Under the pieces are notes generated by a model. That model ran no database searches and was not told where the DNA came from. It worked only from the letters and a program-made list of their open reading frames with translations. A DNA stretch of 64,000 nt from the human T2T-CHM13v2.0 reference genome, Homo sapiens: the NCBI RefSeq assembly GCF_009914755.1, contig NC_060943.1; one strand, given 5' to 3'. The position numbers and the translations under genes were made by a program. Shown here in pieces: positions 25,401-37,623 of the stretch (position 1 is the stretch's first letter; each line of letters begins with the position of its first letter).

Positions 25401-28400
25401 TATTCAACTCACAGAGTTGAACGATCCTTTACACAGAGCAGACTTGAAACACTCTTTTTGTGGAATTTGCAAGTGGAGATTTCAGCCGCTTTGAGGTCAA
25501 TGGTAGAATAAGAAATATCTTCCTATAGAAACTAGACAGAATGATTCTCAGAAACTCCTTTGTGATGTGTGCGTTCAACTCACAGAGTTCAACCTTTCTT
25601 TTCATAGAGCAGTTGGGAAACACTCTGTTTGTAAAGTCTGCAAGTGGATATTCAGACTTCTTTGAGGCCTTCGTTGGAAGCGGGATTTCTTCATATTCTG
25701 CTAGACAGAAGAATTCTCAGTAACTGCCTTGTGTTGTGTGTATTCAACTCACAGAGTTGAACGATCCTTTACACAGAGCAGACTTGAAACACTCTTTTTG
25801 TGGAATTTGCAAGTGGAGATTTCAGCCGCTTTGAGGTCAATGGTAGAATAGGAAATATCTTCCTATAGAAACTAAACAGAATGATTCTCAGAAACTCCTT
25901 TGTGATGTGTGCGTTCAACTCACAGAGTTTAACCTTTCTTTTCATAGAGCAGTTAGGAAACACTCTGTTTGTAAAGTCTGCAAGTGGATATTCAGACATC
26001 CTTGAGGCTTTCGTTGGAAACGGGATTTCTTCATATTCTGCTAGAAAGAAGAATTCTCAGTAACTTCCTTGTGTTGTGTGTATTCAACTCACAGAGTTGA
26101 ACGATCCTTTACACAGAGCAGACTTGAAACACTCTTTTTGTGGAATTTGCAAGTGGAGATTTCAGCCGCTTTGAGGTCAATGGTAGAATAGGAAATATCT
26201 TCCTATAGAAACTAGACAGAATGATTCTCAGAAACTCCTTTGTGATGTGTGCGTTCAACTCACAGAGTTTAACCTTTCTTTTCATAGAGCAGTTAGGAAA
26301 CACTCTGTTTGTAAAGTCTGCAAGTGGATATTCAGACCTCCTTGAGGCCTTCGTTGGAAACGGGATTTCTTCATATTATGCTAGACAGAAGAATTCTCAG
26401 TAACTTCCTTGTGTTGTGTGTATTCAACTCACAGAGTTGAACGATCCTTTACACAGAGCAGACTTGAAACACTCTTTTTGTGGAATTTGCAAGTGGAGAT
26501 TTCAGCCGCTTTGAGGTCAATGGTAGAATAGGAAATATCTTCCTATAGAAACTAGACAGAATGATTCTCAGAAACTCCTTTGTGATGTGTGCGTTCAACT
26601 CACACAGTTTAACCTTTCTTTTCATAGAGCAGTTAGGAAACACTCTGTTTGTAAAGTCTGCAAGTGGATATTCAGACCTCCTTGAGGCATTCGTTGGAAA
26701 CGGGATTTCTACATATTATGCTAGACAGAAGAATTCTCAGTAACTTCCTTGTGTTGTGTGTATTCAACTCACAGAGTTGAACGATCCTTTACACAGAGCA
26801 GACTTGAAACACTCTTTTTGTGGATTTTGCAAGTGGAGATTTCAGCCGCTTTGAGTTCAATGGTAGAATAGGAAATATCTTCCTATAGAAACTAGACAGA
26901 ATGATTCTCAGAAACTCCTTTGTGATGTGTGCGTTCAACTCACAGAGTTCAACCTTTCTTTTCATAGAGCAGTTGGGAAACACTCTGTTTGTAAAGTCTG
27001 CAAGTGGATATTCAGACTTCTTTGAGGCCTTCGTTGGAAGCGGGATTTCTTCATGTTCAGCTAGACAGAAGAATTCTCAGAAACTTCCTTGTGTTGTGTG
27101 TTTTCAACTCACAGAGTTGAACGATCCTTTACACAGAGCAGACTTGAAACACTCCTTTTGTGGAATTTGCAAGTGGAGATTTCAGCCGCTTTGAGGTCAA
27201 TGGTAGAATAGGAAATATCTTCCTATAGAAACTAGACAGAATGATTCTCAGAAACTCCTTTATGATGTGTGCGTTCAACTCACAGAGTTTAACCTTTCTT
27301 TTCATAGAGCAGTTAGGAAACACTCTGTTTGTAAAGTCTGCAAGTGGATATTCAGACATCCTTGAGGCTTTCGTTGGAAACGGGATTTCTTCATATTCTG
27401 CTAGAAAGAAGAATTCTCAGTAACTTCCTTGTGTTGTGTGTATTCAACTCACAGAGTTGAACGATCCTTTACACAGAGCAGACTTGAAACACTCTTTTTG
27501 TGGAATTTGCAAGTGGAGATTTCAGCCGCTTTGAGTTCAATGGTAGAATAGGAAATATCTTCCTATAGAAACTAGACAGAATGATTCTCAGAAACTCCTT
27601 TGTGATGTGTGCGTTCAACTCACAGAGTTCAACCTTTCTTTTAATAGAGCAGTTGGGAAACACTCTGTTTGTAAATTCTGCAAGTGGATATTCAGACTTC
27701 TTTGAGGCCTTCGTTGGAAGCGGGATTTCTTCATATTCTTCTAGACAGAAGAATTCTCAGTAACCTCCTTGTGTTGTGTGTATTCAACTCACAGAGTTGA
27801 ACGACCCTTTACACAGAGCAGACTTGAAACACTCTTTTTGTGGAATTTGCAAGTGGAGATTTCAGCCGCTTTGAGGTCAGTGGTAGAATAGGAAATATCT
27901 TCCTATAGAAATTAGACAGAATGATTCTCAGAAACTCCTTTGTGATGTGTGCGTTCAACTCACAGAGTTTAACCTTTCTTTTCATAGAGCAGTTAGGAAA
28001 CACTCTGTTTGTAAAGTCTGCAAGTGGATATTCAGACATCCTTGAGGCTTTCGTTGGAAACGGGATTTCTTCATGTTCTGCTAGACAGAAGAATTCTCAG
28101 TAACTGCCTTGTGTTGTGTGTATTCAACTCACAGAGTTGAACGATCCTTTACACAGAGCAGACTTGAAACACTCCTTTTGTGGAATTTGCAAGTGGAGAT
28201 TTCAGCCGCTTTGAGGTCAATGGTAGAATAGGAAATATCTTCCTATAGAAACTAGACAGAATGATTCTCAGAAACTCCTTTGTGATGTGTGCGTTCAACT
28301 CACAGAGTTTAACCTTTCTTTTCATAGAGCAGTTAGGAAACACTCTGTTTGTAAAGTCTGCAAGTGGATATTCAGACATCCTTGAGGCTTTCGTTGGAAA

Positions 28401-29280
28401 CGGGATTTCTTCATATTCTGCTAGAAAGAAGAATTCTCAGTAACTTCCTTGTGTTGTGTGTATTCAACTCACAGAGTTGAACGATCCTTTACACAGAGCA
28501 GACTTGAAACACTCTTTTTGTGGAATTTGCAAGTGGAGATTTCAGCCGCTTTGAGGTCAATGGTAGAATAGGAAATATCTTCCTATAGAAACTAGACAGA
28601 ATGATTCTCAGAAACTCCTTTGTGATGTGTGCGTTCAACTCACAGAGTTTAACCTTTCTTTTCATAGAGCAGTTAGGAAACACTCTGTTTGTAAAGTCTG
28701 CAAGTGGATATTCAGACCTCCTTGAGGCCTTCGTTGGAAACGGGATTTCTTCATATTATGCTAGACAGAAGAATTCTCAGTAACTTCCTTGTGTTGTGTG
28801 TATTCAACTCACAGAGTTGAACGATCCTTTACACAGAGCAGACTTGAAACACTCTTTTTGTGGAATTTGCAAGTGGAGATTTCAGCCGCTTTGAGTTCAA
28901 TGGTAGAATAGGAAATATCTTCCTACAGAAACTAGACAGAATGATTCTCAGAAACTCCTTTGTGATGTGTGCGTTCAACTCACAGAGTTCAACCTTTCTT
29001 TTCATAGAGCAGTTGGGAAACACTCTGTTTGTAAAGTCTGCAAGTGGATATTCAGACTTCTTTGAGGCCTTCGTTGGAAGCGGGATTTCTTCATATTCTG
29101 CTAGACAGAAGAATTCTCAGTAACTGCCTTGTGTTGTGTGTATTCAACTCACAGAGTTGAACGATCCTTTACACAGAGCAGACTTGAAACACTCTTTTTG
29201 TGGAATTTGCAAGTGGAGATTTCAGCCGCTTTGAGGTCAATGGTAGAATAGGAAATATCTTCCTATAGAAACTAGAGAGA
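22141..29280 (+). repeat. Tandem pair of 10-dimer (3400 bp) and 11-dimer (3740 bp) units
   Basis: CTAAACAG (dimers 22481/25881) and GCATTCG..CTACAT (23161/26561) recur at +3400. TTAATAG/TAAATTC (23841/27581) and CCTACAG (25201/28941) recur at +3740. Confidence 0.8.
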
Positions 29281-32200
29281 ATGATTCTCAGAAACTCCTT
29301 TGTGATGTGTGCGTTCAACTCACAGAGTTTAACCTTTCTTTTCATAGAGCAGTTAGGAAACACTCTGTTTGTAAAGTCTGCAAGTGGATATTCAGACCTC
29401 CTTGAGGCCTTCGTTGGAAACGGGATTTCTTCATATTATGCTAGACAGAAGAATTCTCAGTAACTTCCTTGTGTTGTGTGTATTCAACTCACAGAGTTGA
29501 ACGATCCTTTACACAGAGCAGACTTGAAACACTCTTTTTGTGGAATTTGCAAGTGAAGATTTCAGCCGCTTTGAGGTCAATGGTAGAATAGGAAATATCT
29601 TCCTATAGAAACTAGACAGAATGATTCTCAGAAACTCCTTTGTGATGTGTGCGTTCAACTCACAGAGTTCAACCTTTCTTTTCATAGAGCAGTTGGGAAA
29701 CACTCTGTTTGTAAAGTCTGCAAGTGGATATTCAGACTTCTTTGAGGCCTTCGTTGGAAGCGGGATTTCTTCATATTCTGCTAGACAGAAGAATTCTCAG
29801 TAACTGCCTTGTGTTGTGTGTATTCAACTCACAGAGTTGAACGATCCTTTACACAGAGCAGACTTGAAACACTCTTTTTGTGGAATTTGCAAGTGGAGAT
29901 TTCAGCCGCTTTGAGGTCAATGGTAGAATAGGAAATATCTTCCTATAGAAACTAGACAGAATGATTCTCAGAAACTCCTTTGTGATGTGTGCGTTCAACT
30001 CACACAGTTTAACCTTTCTTTTCATAGAGCAGTTAGGAAACACTCTGTTTGTAAAGTCTGCAAGTGGATATTCAGACCTCCTTGAGGCCTTCGTTGGAAA
30101 CGGGATTTCTTCATATTATGCTAGACAGAAGAATTCTCAGTAACTTCCTTGTGTTGTGTGTATTCAACTCACAGAGTTGAACGATCCTTTACACAGAGCA
30201 GACTTGAAACACTCTTTTTGTGGAATTTGCAAGTGGAGATTTCAGCCGCTTTGAGTTCAATGGTAGAATAGGAAATATCTTCCTATAGAAACTAGACAGA
30301 ATGATTCTCAGAAACTCCTTTGTGATGTGTGCGTTCAACTCACAGAGTTCAACCTTTCTTTTCATAGAGCAGTTGGGAAACACTCTGTTTGTAAAGTCTG
30401 CAAGTGGATATTCAGACTTCTTTGAGGCCTTCGTTGGAAGCGGGATTTCTTCATATTCTGCTAGACAGAAGAATTCTCAGAAACTTCCTTGTGTTGTGTG
30501 TTTTCAACTCACAGAGATGAACGATCCTTTACACAGAGCAGACTTGAAACACTCCTTTTGTGGAATTTGCAAGTGGAGATTTCAGCCGCTTTGAGTTCAA
30601 TGGTAGAATAGGAAATATCTTCCTATAGAAAGTAGACAGAATGATTCTCAGAAACTCCTTTGTGATGTGTGCGTTCAACTCACAGAGTTTAACCTTTCTT
30701 TTCATAGAGCAGTTAGGAAACACTCTGTTTGTAAAGTCTGCAAGTGGATATTCAGACCTCCTTGAGGCCTTCGTTGGAAACGGGATTTCTTCATATTATG
30801 CTAGACAGAAGAATTCTCAGTAACTTCCTTGTGTTGTGTGTATTCAACTCACAGAGTTGAACGATCCTTTACACAGAGCAGACTTGAAACACTCTTTTTG
30901 TGGAATTTGCAAGTGGAGATTTCAGCCGCTTTGAGGTCAATGGTAGAATAGGAAATATCTTCCTATAGAAACTAGACAGAATGATTCTCAGAAACTCCTT
31001 TGTGATGTGTGCGTTCAACTCACAGAGTTCAACCTTTCTTTTCATAGAGCAGTTGGGAAACACTCTGTTTGTAAAGTCTGCAAGTGGATATTCAGACTTC
31101 TTTGAGGCCTTCGTTGGAAGCGGGATTTCTTCATATTCTGCTAGACAGAAGAATTCTCAGTAACTGCCTTGTGTTGTGTGTATTCAACTCACAGAGTTGA
31201 ACGATCCTTTACACAGAGCAGACTTGAAACACTCTTTTTGTGGAATTTGCAAGTGGAGATTTCAGCCGCTTTGAGGTCAATGGTAGAATAGGAAATATCT
31301 TCCTATAGAAACTAGACAGAATGATTCTCAGAAACTCCTTTGTGATGTGTGCGTTCAACTCACAGAGTTTAACCTTTCTTTTCATAGAGCAGTTGGGAAA
31401 CACTCTGTTTGTAAAGTCTGCAAGTGGATATTCAGACATCCTTGAGGCTTTCGTTGGAAACGGGATTTCTTCATATTCTGCTAGAAAGAAGAATTCTCAG
31501 TAACTTCCTTGTGTTGTGTGTATTCAACTCACAGAGTTGCACGATCCTTTACACAGAGCAGACTTGAAACACTCTTTTTGTGGAATTTGCAAGTGGAGAT
31601 TTCAGCCGCTTTGAGTTCAATGGTAGAATAGGAAATATCTTCCTATAGAAACTAGACAGAATGATTCTCAGAAACTCCTTTGTGATGTGTGCGTTGAACT
31701 CACAGAGTTCAACCTTTCTTTTCATAGAGCAGTTGGGAAACACTCTGTTTGTAAAGTCTGCAAGTGGATATTCAGACTTCTTTGAGGCCTTCGTTGGAAG
31801 CGGGATTTCTTCATGTTCTGCTAGACAGAAGAATTCTCAGAAACTTCCTTGTGTTGTGTGTTTTCAACTCACAGAGTTGAACGATCCTTTACACAGAGCA
31901 GACTTGAAACACTCCTTTTGTGGAATTTGCAAGTGGAGATTTCAGCCGCTTTGAGGTCAATGGTAGAATAGGAAATATCTTCCTATAGAAAGTAGACAGA
32001 ATGATTCTCAGAAACTCCTTTGTGATGTGTGCGTTGAACTCACAGAGTTTAACCTTTCTTTTCATAGAGCAGTTAGGAAACACTCTGTTTGTAAAGTCTG
32101 CAAGTGGATATTCAGACCTCCTTGAGGCCTTCGTTGGAAGCGGGATTTCTTCATGTTCAGCTAGACAGAAGAATTCTCAGAAACTTCCTTGTGTTGTGTG

Positions 32201-35200
32201 TTTTCAACTCACAGAGTTGAACGATCCTTTACACAGAGCAGACTTGAAACACTCCTTTTGTGGAATTTGCAAGTGGAGATTTCAGCCGCTTTGAGGTCAA
32301 TGGTAGAATAGGAAATATCTTCCTATAGAAACTAGACAGAATGATTCTGAGAAATCCTTTGTGATGTGTGCGTTCAACTCACAGAGTTTAACCTTTCTTT
32401 TCATAGAGCAGTTAGGAAACACTCTGTTTTTAAAGTCTTCAAGTGGATATTCAGACCTCCTTGAGGCCTTCGTTGGAAACGGGATTTCTTCATATTATGC
32501 TAGACAGAGGAATTCTCAGGAACTTCCTTGTGTTTTGTGTATTCAACTCACAGAGTTGAACGATCCTTTACACAGAGCAGACTTGAAACACTCTTTTTGT
32601 GGAATTTGCAAGTGGAGATTTCAGCCGCTTTGAGTTCAATGGTAGAATAGGAAATATCTTCCTATAGAAAGTACACAGAATGATTCTCAGAAACTGCTTT
32701 GTGATGTGTGCGTTCAACTCACAGAGTTCAACCTTTCTTTTCATAGAGCAGTTGGGAAACACTCTGTTTGTAAAGTCTGCAAGTGGATATTCAGACTTCT
32801 TTGAGGTCTTCGTTGGAAGCGGGATTTCTTCATATTCTGCTAGACAGAAGAATTCTCAGTAACTGCCTTGTGTTGTGTGTATTCAACTCACAGAGTTGAA
32901 CGATCCTTTACACAGAGCAGACTTGAAACACTCTTTTTGTGGAATTTGCAAGTGGAGATTTCAGCCGCTTTGAGGTCAATGGTAGAATAGGAAATATCTT
33001 CCTATAGAAACTAGACAGAATGATTCTCAGAAACTCCTTTGTGATGTGTGCGTTCAACTCACAGAGTTTAACCTTTCTTTTCATAGAGCAGTTAGGAAAC
33101 ACTCTGTTTGTAAAGTCTGCAAGTGGATATTCAGACATCCTTGAGGCTTTCGTTGGAAACGGGATTTCTTCATATTCTGCTAGAAAGAAGAATTCTCAGT
33201 AACTTCCTTGTGTTGTGTGTATTCAACTCACAGAGTTGAACGATCCTTTACACAGAGCAGACTTGAAACACTCTTTTTGTGGAATTTGCAAGTGGAGATT
33301 TCAGCCGCTTTGAGGTCAATGTTAGAATAGGAAATATCTTCCTATAGAAACTAGACAGAATGATTCTCAGAAACTCCTTTGTGATGTGTGCGTTCAACTC
33401 ACAGAGTTTAACCTTTCTTTTCATAGAGCAGTTAGGAAACACTCTGTTGGTAAAGTCTGCAAGTGGATATTCAGACCTCCTTGAGGCCTTCGTTGGAAAC
33501 GGGATTTCTTCATATTATGCTAGACAGAAGAATTCTCAGTAACTTCCTTGTGTTGTGTGTATTCAACTCACAGAGTTGAACGATCCTTTACACAGAGCAG
33601 ACTTGAAACACTCTTTTTGTGGAATTTGCAAGTGGAGATTTCAGCCGCTTTGAGTTCAATGGTAGAATAGGAAATATCTTCCTACAGAAACTAGACAGAA
33701 TGATTCTCAGAAACTCCTTTGTGATGTGTGCGTTCAACTCACAGAGTTCAACCTTTCTTTTCATAGAGCAGTTGGGAAACACTCTGTTTGTAAAGTCTGC
33801 AAGTGGATATTCAGACTTCTTTGAGGCCTTCGTTGGAAGCGGGATTTCTTCATATTCTGCTAGACAGAAGAATTCTCAGTAACTGCCTTGTGTTGTGTGT
33901 ATTCAACTCACAGAGTTGAACGATCCTTTACACAGAGCAGACTTGAAACACTCTTTTTGTGGAATTTGCAAGTGGAGATTTCAGCCGCTTTGAGGTCAAT
34001 GGTAGAATAGGAAATATCTTCCTATAGAAACTAGAGAGAATGATTCTCAGAAACTCTTTTGTGATGTGTGCGTTCAACTCACAGAGTTTAACCTTTCTTT
34101 TCATAGAGCAGTTAGGAAACACTCTGTTTGTAAAGTCTGCAAGTGGATATTCAGACCTCCTTGAGGCCTTCGTTGGAAACGGGATTTCTTCATATTATGC
34201 TAGATAGAAGAATTCTCAGTAACTTCCTTGTGTTGTGTGTATTCAACTCACAGAGTTGAACGATCCTTTACACAGAGCAGACTTGAAACACTCTTTTTGT
34301 GGAATTTGCAAGTGAAGATTTCAGCCGCTTTGAGGTCAATGGTAGAATAGGAAATATCTTCCTATAGAAACTAGACAGAATGATTCTCAGAAACTCCTTT
34401 GTGATGTGTGCGTTCAACTCACAGAGTTCAACCTTTCTTTTCATAGAGCAGTTGGGAAACACTCTGTTTGTAAAGTCTGCAAGTGGATATTCAGACTTCT
34501 TTGAGGCCTTCGTTGGAAGCGGGATTTCTTCATATTCTGCTAGACAGAAGAATTCTCAGTAACTGCCTTGTGTTGTGTGTATTCAACTCACAGAGTTGAA
34601 CGATCCTTTACACAGAGCAGACTTGAAACACTCTTTTTGTGGAATTTGCAAGTGGAGATTTCAGCCGCTTTGAGGTCAATGGTAGAATAGGAAATATCTT
34701 CCTATAGAAACTAGACAGAATGATTCTCAGAAACTCCTTTGTGATGTGTGCGTTCAACTCACACAGTTTAACCTTTCTTTTCATAGAGCAGTTAGGAAAC
34801 ACTCTGTTTGTAAAGTTTGCAAGTGGATATTCAGACCTCCTTGAGGCCTTCGTTGGAAACGGGATTTCTTCATATTATGCTAGACAGAAGAATTCTCAGT
34901 AACTTCCTTGTGTTGTGTGTATTCAACTCACAGAGTTGAACGATCCTTTACACAGAGCAGACTTGAAACACTCTTTTTGTGGAATTTGCAAGTGGAGATT
35001 TCAGCCGCTTTGAGTTCAATGGTAGAATAGGAAATATCTTCCTATAGAAACTAGACAGAATGATTCTCAGAAACTCCTTTGTGATGTGTGCGTTCAACTC
35101 ACAGAGTTCAACCTTTCTTTTCATAGAGCAGTTGGGAAACACTCTGTTTGTAAAGTCTGCAAGTGGATATTCAGACTTCTTTGAGGCCTTCGTTGGAAGC

Positions 35201-37623
35201 GGGATTTCTTCATATTCTGCTAGACAGAAGAATTCTCAGAAACTTCCTTGTGTTGTGTGTTTTCAACTCACAGAGATGAACGATCCTTTACACAGAGCAG
35301 ACTTGAAACACTCCTTTTGTGGAATTTGCAAGTGGAGATTTCAGCCGCTTTGAGTTCAATGGTAGAATAGGAAATATCTTCCTATAGAAAGTAGACAGAA
35401 TGATTCTCAGAAACTCCTTTGTGATGTGTGCGTTCAACTCACAGAGTTTAACCTTTCTTTTCATAGAGCAGTTAGGAAACACTCTGTTTGTAAAGTCTGC
35501 AAGTGGATATTCAGACCTCCTTGAGGCCTTCGTTGGAAACGGGATTTCTTCATATTATGCTAGACAGAAGAATTCTCAGTAACTTCCTTGTGTTGTGTGT
35601 ATTCAACTCACAGAGTTGAACGATCCTTTACACAGAGCAGACTTGAAACACTCTTTTTGTGGAATTTGCAAGTGGAGATTTCAGCCGCTTTGAGGTCAAT
35701 GGTAGAATAGGAAATATCTTCCTATAGAAACTAGACAGAATGATTCTCAGAAACTCCTTTGTGATGTGTGCGTTCAACTCACAGAGTTCAACCTTTCTTT
35801 TCATAGAGCAGTTGGGAAACACTCTGTTTGTAAAGTCTGCAAGTGGATATTCAGACTTCTTTGAGGCCTTCGTTGGAAGCGGGATTTCTTCATATTCTGC
35901 TAGACAGAAGAATTCTCAGTAACTGCCTTGTGTTGTGTGTATTCAACTCACAGAGTTGAACGATCCTTTACACAGAGCAGACTTGAAACACTCTTTTTGT
36001 GGAATTTGCAAGTGGAGATTTCAGCCGCTTTGAGGTCAATGGTAGAATAGGAAATATCTTCCTATAGAAACTAGACAGAATGATTCTCAGAAACTCCTTT
36101 GTGATGTGTGCGTTCAACTCACAGAGTTTAACCTTTCTTTTCATAGAGCAGTTGGGAAACACTCTGTTTGTAAAGTCTGCAAGTGGATATTCAGACATCC
36201 TTGAGGCTTTCGTTGGAAACGGGATTTCTTCATATTCTGCTAGAAAGAAGAATTCTCAGTAACTTCCTTGTGTTGTGTGTATTCAACTCACAGAGTTGCA
36301 CGATCCTTTACACAGAGCAGACTTGAAACACTCTTTTTGTGGAATTTGCAAGTGGAGATTTCAGCCGCTTTGAGTTCAATGGTAGAATAGGAAATATCTT
36401 CCTATAGAAACTAGACAGAATGATTCTCAGAAACTCCTTTGTGATGTGTGCGTTGAACTCACAGAGTTCAACCTTTCTTTTCATAGAGCAGTTGGGAAAC
36501 ACTCTGTTTGTAAAGTCTGCAAGTGGATATTCAGACTTCTTTGAGGCCTTCGTTGGAAGCGGGATTTCTTCATGTTCTGCTAGACAGAAGAATTCTCAGA
36601 AACTTCCTTGTGTTGTGTGTTTTCAACTCACAGAGTTGAACGATCCTTTACACAGAGCAGACTTGAAACACTCCTTTTGTGGAATTTGCAAGTGGAGATT
36701 TCAGCCGCTTTGAGGTCAATGGTAGAATAGGAAATATCTTCCTATAGAAAGTAGACAGAATGATTCTCAGAAACTCCTTTGTGATGTGTGCGTTCAACTC
36801 ACAGAGTTTAACCTTTCTTTTCATAGAGCAGTTAGGAAACACTCTGTTTGTAAAGTCTGCAAGTGGATATTCAGACCTCCTTGAGGCCTTCGTTGGAAGC
36901 GGGATTTCTTCATGTTCAGCTAGACAGAAGAATTCTCAGAAACTTCCTTGTGTTGTGTGTTTTCAACTCACAGAGTTGAACGATCCTTTACACAGAGCAG
37001 ACTTGAAACACTCCTTTTGTGGAATTTGCAAGTGGAGATTTCAGCCGCTTTGAGGTCAATGGTAGAATAGGAAATATCTTCCTATAGAAACTAGACAGAA
37101 TGATTCTGAGAAATCCTTTGTGATGTGTGCGTTCAACTCACAGAGTTTAACCTTTCTTTTCATAGAGCAGTTAGGAAACACTCTGTTTTTAAAGTCTTCA
37201 AGTGGATATTCAGACCTCCTTGAGGCCTTCGTTGGAAACGGGATTTCTTCATATTATGCTAGACAGAGGAATTCTCAGGAACTTCCTTGTGTTTTGTGTA
37301 TTCAACTCACAGAGTTGAACGATCCTTTACACAGAGCAGAGTTGAAACACTCTTTTTGTGGAATTTGCAAGTGGAGATTTCAGCCGCTTTGAGTTCAATG
37401 GTAGAATAGGAAATATCTTCCTATAGAAAGTACACAGAATGATTCTCAGAAACTGCTTTGTGATGTGTGCGTTCAACTCACAGAGTTCAACCTTTCTTTT
37501 CATAGAGCAGTTGGGAAACACTCTGTTTGTAAAGTCTGCAAGTGGATATTCAGACTTCTTTGAGGCCTTCGTTGGAAGCGGGATTTCTTCATATTCTGCT
37601 AGACAGAAGAATTCTCAGTAACT
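28076..37623 (+). repeat. Tandem duplication of a 4759-bp (14-dimer, 28-monomer) unit
   Basis: Markers at +4759: CCTACAG (dimers 28941/33700), CTAGAGAG (29281/34040), AGTGAAGA (29621/34380), GAGATGAA (30301/35060), GTTGAACTC (31661/36420), 1-bp-deletion dimer with GTTTTGTG (32341/37100). Confidence 0.9.
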
